Shown here one piece after another: positions 60,556-64,000 of a DNA stretch of 64,000 nt. Location: assembly GCA_002010065.2 (NCBI GenBank), contig MTMD02000008.1, positions 160,001 through 224,000 on the forward strand, written 5' to 3'. The notes beneath the pieces are model-generated. The model had not been told where the DNA came from and searched no databases. It saw only the letters and a program-made list of their open reading frames with translations. The DNA comes from Candidatus Pyrohabitans jungbluthii (GTDB lineage Archaea; Hydrothermarchaeota; Hydrothermarchaeia; Hydrothermarchaeales; BMS3B). A program made the position numbers and the translations under genes. Numbering within the stretch: the first letter of the stretch is position 1; every line of letters begins with the position of its first letter.

Positions 60556-61677
60556 TCAGTCCAGGAAGTCTATTCCTAGCTTTGATTTCAGGTCTTCCTT
60601 CTCCTCCTCGACAAAACTCTCCTCTGAGCCGAGTATCTGCTTTGATCGCACCCCGGTTACAACTAGCATAACGCGAAGCACGCCTTTGAGGTCGTCCTCT
60701 ATCTGCGCGCCCCATATTATATTGGCTCTAGGATCGAGGCGTTCCGAGACGACCTGCACCACCTGCTGTGCCTCCGCCAGCGTTAAATCTTCGCCGCCAA
60801 CCACGTTGATAAGCGCGCCCTTTGCACCGGTTATATCCACGTTGAGCAGTGGGCTGTTTATAGCCTTCTCTATGGCTTCGACCGCCCTGTTCTCAGTATC
60901 GCTCTCACCCATGCCTATCATGGCAACGCCGCCACCCTCCATGACCGCTCGCACGTCCGCGAAGTCCAGGTTTATCAGGCCAGGCTTTGTGATCAACTCT
61001 GCAATGCCTTTAACGGCACGCACAAGTATCTCGTCCGCCACTTTAAAGGCAGCCGGCAGAGGAAGGTTGGGGGCTATCTCTAGGAGCTTGTCGTTGGGGA
61101 TGACTATCACTGTGTCCGTCTCCCTGCGCAGCTTCTCAAGCCCCATCTCGGCGTTGCTTCTCCTGCGCATACCCTCCATGGCGAAGGGGAAGGTGACTAT
61201 AGCCACGGTAAGCGCTCCAAGCTTCTGGGAGATGTTGGCTATTACAGGGGCGCTTCCTGTACCTGTGCCACCTCCCAACCCGCAGGTTATGAACACGATG
61301 TCGGCGCCCTCGAGCATCTCCTTAATCTCTTGCTCGCTTTCTTTAGCTGCCTCCTCTCCAATCTGAGGCACTGAGCCTGCGCCCAAGCCGCCTGTGAGCT
61401 CCTTGCCTATGAGCAGCTTCCTGTGCGCCCTTGTATGAAGCAGGTCCTGAGCGTCCGTGTTTATGGCTACTGTTTCCGCCCCCTCTATACCAACCTCCAT
61501 AAGGCGAGTCATGGTGTTGTTTCCTGCTCCCCCTGTACCTACAACTACAATCCTCGCCTTGGTCTGTGATAGGATGTTCTGCAACTCATCGTCTATCCCG
61601 GTTCCTCCTGTGACAGGCATATTGTTACGAGAAACTTCACCAGCCCTCTTTATGGCTTCCTCAATGATGCTGTCCAA
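60556..61677 (-). CDS. ftsZ: Cell division protein FtsZ1
   Basis: [25 protein letters not shown]. Confidence 0.97.
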   Translation of the reverse strand: MDSIIEEAIKRAGEVSRNNMPVTGGTGIDDELQNILSQTKARIVVVGTGGAGNNTMTRLMEVGIEGAETVAINTDAQDLLHTRAHRKLLIGKELTGGLGAGSVPQIGEEAAKESEQEIKEMLEGADIVFITCGLGGGTGTGSAPVIANISQKLGALTVAIVTFPFAMEGMRRRSNAEMGLEKLRRETDTVIVIPNDKLLEIAPNLPLPAAFKVADEILVRAVKGIAELITKPGLINLDFADVRAVMEGGGVAMIGMGESDTENRAVEAIEKAINSPLLNVDITGAKGALINVVGGEDLTLAEAQQVVQVVSERLDPRANIIWGAQIEDDLKGVLRVMLVVTGVRSKQILGSEESFVEEEKEDLKSKLGIDFLD

Positions 61678-61706
61678 AGCGATTCCTCCTGCTGGTTTAT
61701 GAATGG

Positions 61707-62975
61707 CTATCGCCGGTATTTAAACGTTTTCCTTATCACCTCAAGAGTTCGTTGCTCTGCTATGGGTATGCGGATTTCCCTCCTGGAAAGCACCATCTCG
61801 GGCGTTATCTTTTGTTCGCCTAAAACCACGCTCTCTCCTCGGCTCAGCTTTGCATACTCCGGGCCAGGACGCAGCCCAAGCTGCGCTGCCTTAGCCGGGT
61901 CGAAGGCGGCATAGGTAAGCACCAGCTCATTACCATTAAAGACAAGCTCGCCTCTGGCTGAGAGAATATCCACGCACGCATTTACAACCGCTTCGCTTAC
62001 ATCTCGCCCTGAAAGCAGCTTCTCCAGCCTGCCACTTTCGTCACGCTCTGCAACCACTCCCAGCGAATTGAACATCTCCTTTACTCGCTTTGAGTTGAGC
62101 TTTTCTGCTGCCCTCACCAAGCCAAGGTCAACGCTAATAATAGAGTAACTTTCAGCAGGCTTCTCAAGTTCGCGCCTGCGTCTCACCTCTATGCCCAGTC
62201 TTTTGGCAAACGCCAGAGCTTTCTCCCGCTCCTCACGCTTCATCCCCTTCCAGTCGAGGTAGACGAAGCCCGCGCCGCTCTTCTCCACCGCCTGTTCAAA
62301 AACCTCAAAGCTGAGCTCAGGTATCGCATAGCTGGGTATGATGTGTCCCACTGCATATCGCGTCTCGAGCGCAACCTCGGTGTGGCGCGGAGCATAGTGC
62401 GTCCCTCCTATGCCCACGCACGCTTCAAAGCTCTGCTCGCACTGCGCCGCTTTAAGCGCCGCTCTAGCGACGGCGCGCACCGCACGCGTATCGCGCCACT
62501 CTCTCTCAGTGGAGCCAACCTCCACGAAAAGCACAGGCTTCGAAAGCTGCGTAGGCCCATGATGTGTCGCCTCAAATGAGACCTCATACTCGAGGTTGAG
62601 CTCCCGCTTTGCGCGCTCAAGCTCCTGAAGCGCAACCTTCATTGCGCTGGGGTTTGCATATGCAAGCGTCTCGGGCTTGCCCCCCACCTTCGCTTCCTTG
62701 CCAAGATTGCCAGTGACGTGCACAGTAAGCGTCTTACGCTCTGCTTGAGCCTTGTGGCGGGTGGCAAACACGTAGTACTCCGCCTCAGGGAAGTGCTCGT
62801 CCAAGTGCTCCGCTTCGGTTTGCCTTCGCTCGGTTGCCACAGCGATAATTTCGCCCTTCTTCAGCAGGGGCATGCCCTCAAATTCGCCCACCTGCGAGAA
62901 GCCCAGCTCCTCGTGGAGCACCTTGAATATATTCATGCCAGCGATGTCGTGCTGCGAGGTAACGATCACACGCAT
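61707..62975 (-). CDS. dtdA: D-aminoacyl-tRNA deacylase (DtdA/GEK1) with C-terminal extension
   Basis: [37 protein letters not shown]. Confidence 0.9.
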   Translation of the reverse strand: MRVIVTSQHDIAGMNIFKVLHEELGFSQVGEFEGMPLLKKGEIIAVATERRQTEAEHLDEHFPEAEYYVFATRHKAQAERKTLTVHVTGNLGKEAKVGGKPETLAYANPSAMKVALQELERAKRELNLEYEVSFEATHHGPTQLSKPVLFVEVGSTEREWRDTRAVRAVARAALKAAQCEQSFEACVGIGGTHYAPRHTEVALETRYAVGHIIPSYAIPELSFEVFEQAVEKSGAGFVYLDWKGMKREEREKALAFAKRLGIEVRRRRELEKPAESYSIISVDLGLVRAAEKLNSKRVKEMFNSLGVVAERDESGRLEKLLSGRDVSEAVVNACVDILSARGELVFNGNELVLTYAAFDPAKAAQLGLRPGPEYAKLSRGESVVLGEQKITPEMVLSRREIRIPIAEQRTLEVIRKTFKYRR

Positions 62976-63550
62976 AGGCTAGCCACCACCCTTTCGAGGT
63001 CTCCTAGGCTGTGAAGCACAAAGTCGGCTTTGTTCAAGTATGCCGAGGAGAATTTATTGTCGAGCAGAGCTATTTTAACTCCCGCACTTCTCGCCGCGAG
63101 GTAGTCAAAGGCGTGGTCTCCCACCGCCAAAGCTTGCTCCGGGCTCACTCCGAGAAGCTTAAGAGCAAGCAAGAACTGCGCCGGCGAGGGCTTGGGCTCA
63201 GCATCCTCGCGGGTTACCACGGCATCGAAGGCAAGGCAATAGCGCTCTGCAACTATCTCCCACGCTTGCCTGCAGTTCCTCGTAGCCAGGGCGAGGGCAA
63301 TTCCACGGGAGCGCAGGCTTTGCATAACCTCCTTTACGCCAGGCTTAAGCTCTGCCCGCTTGGCGGCGCTAACCTCGTACTCTACAACTTTTGCGAGCGC
63401 TTCTTTTCTTTTCTCCGGCGCAAGGGTGTCTATCATCTCCAGGAGAGGCTGCTCAGCGTCGAAGCCAAAAATCTCCCTCTTGATGCGCTTTATATCCAGG
63501 TTAAAATCCACCAGTGTGCCGTCGAGGTCGAAGATAACGGCGCGAAGCAT
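62966..63550 (-). CDS. HAD-superfamily hydrolase
   Basis: FDLDGTL, TRN, PKPSP, VGDH.FD. Confidence 0.9.
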   Translation of the reverse strand: MLRAVIFDLDGTLVDFNLDIKRIKREIFGFDAEQPLLEMIDTLAPEKRKEALAKVVEYEVSAAKRAELKPGVKEVMQSLRSRGIALALATRNCRQAWEIVAERYCLAFDAVVTREDAEPKPSPAQFLLALKLLGVSPEQALAVGDHAFDYLAARSAGVKIALLDNKFSSAYLNKADFVLHSLGDLERVVASLCV

Positions 63551-63646
63551 GCGTAGATGGGGATTTTTAACCTAAGCAAATTTCAGAGCGCAGCGAAGGG
63601 GATACAAACATATAAATTTGTAAGAATAACCAAAGGCTTGAGCGGT

Positions 63647-64000
63647 ATGAACGACCAAAAACACATACTCTGGGCCAGCTTTCTCGTAGTATTTATCGCC
63701 AGCATTGCCTTTTATCTGATCAAACCAGCTTTGGCGCTTAAAGTCAGGGCAGATCTTCACGCTACTGCCATTGAAATCACAGCAATTACCTCTGGCTTTA
63801 TGGTTTTCCGGGCAATTGCTGCTCCCCTCGCTGGGGTTGCTGGAGACAGGTCGCCAGCTCTCAGAAATTATATAGTAAGGCTTTCTCTCTTTCCGATTGC
63901 TCTGGTTGCCATCGCCTATGCCTATGTGCCTGAAGCGTTTCTTGCAGTGCTGCTCAGCGCGATGCACGGCTTTTTCTCAGGCATGCTCTGGCCTACTCTC
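63647..64000 (+). CDS. MFS transporter (5' part, runs off window)
   Basis: Not in ORF track: MNDQKHILWASFLVVF..APLAGVAGDR (motif A-like)..HGFFSGMLWPTL. Confidence 0.8.
   Translation, partial: MNDQKHILWASFLVVFIASIAFYLIKPALALKVRADLHATAIEITAITSGFMVFRAIAAPLAGVAGDRSPALRNYIVRLSLFPIALVAIAYAYVPEAFLAVLLSAMHGFFSGMLWPTL

Noticed and set aside
325-63967. Many long antisense ORFs in the track (e.g. 1964-2578, 41266-42204, 58479-59453, 59351-60322, 60371-61366, 63572-63967)
   Set aside because: They are shadows of well-supported genes on the opposite strand, Ser/Pro/Leu-rich and without motifs.
1-64000. CRISPR array, rRNA, integrase or transposase
   Set aside because: No regularly spaced repeats, rRNA signatures or recombinase motifs were seen.

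Overview
A 64-kb piece of a gene-dense euryarchaeal chromosome. Archaeal markers include egsA, mvk-ipk-fni, aIF2alpha, L44e/S27e/Nop10, P0/P1, Spt5, aRqcH and FtsZ1. My tentative guess at the lineage is an uncultured, probably thermophilic group such as Ca. Hydrothermarchaeota; the sequence alone cannot prove this. Housekeeping blocks cover mevalonate/isoprenoid synthesis, cobamide nucleotide-loop assembly, purSLQ, hom, birA/pycA and the ftsZ-secE-spt5-L11-L1-P0-P1 operon. Between them lie an AT-rich HNH gene, six histidine kinases (two with extracytoplasmic CxxCH heme-c sensor domains), and an accessory region (about 19.7-31.5 kb) next to the 3' end of tRNA-Thr. There are two tRNAs, Arg-UCG and Thr-CGU. 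No CRISPR array, rRNA, integrase or transposase was seen. Most notable: (1) a coenzyme-M-type cysteate synthase-comDE operon whose third gene is a signal-less, His-rich binding-protein-fold protein; (2) an unannotated 22-aa peptide with a contracted CKCH heme-type motif, with its own TATA-like box, SD and U-tract, directly upstream of a lone ccmE; (3) heme-c sensor kinases with no DNA-binding output; (4) an apparently inactive CoaD paralogue; (5) a probable CUG/AUU start for purL; (6) an EMC6-like gene head-to-head with rqcH, plus a coupled 44-aa membrane microprotein. All protein calls come from motif recognition by eye; no database search was run.
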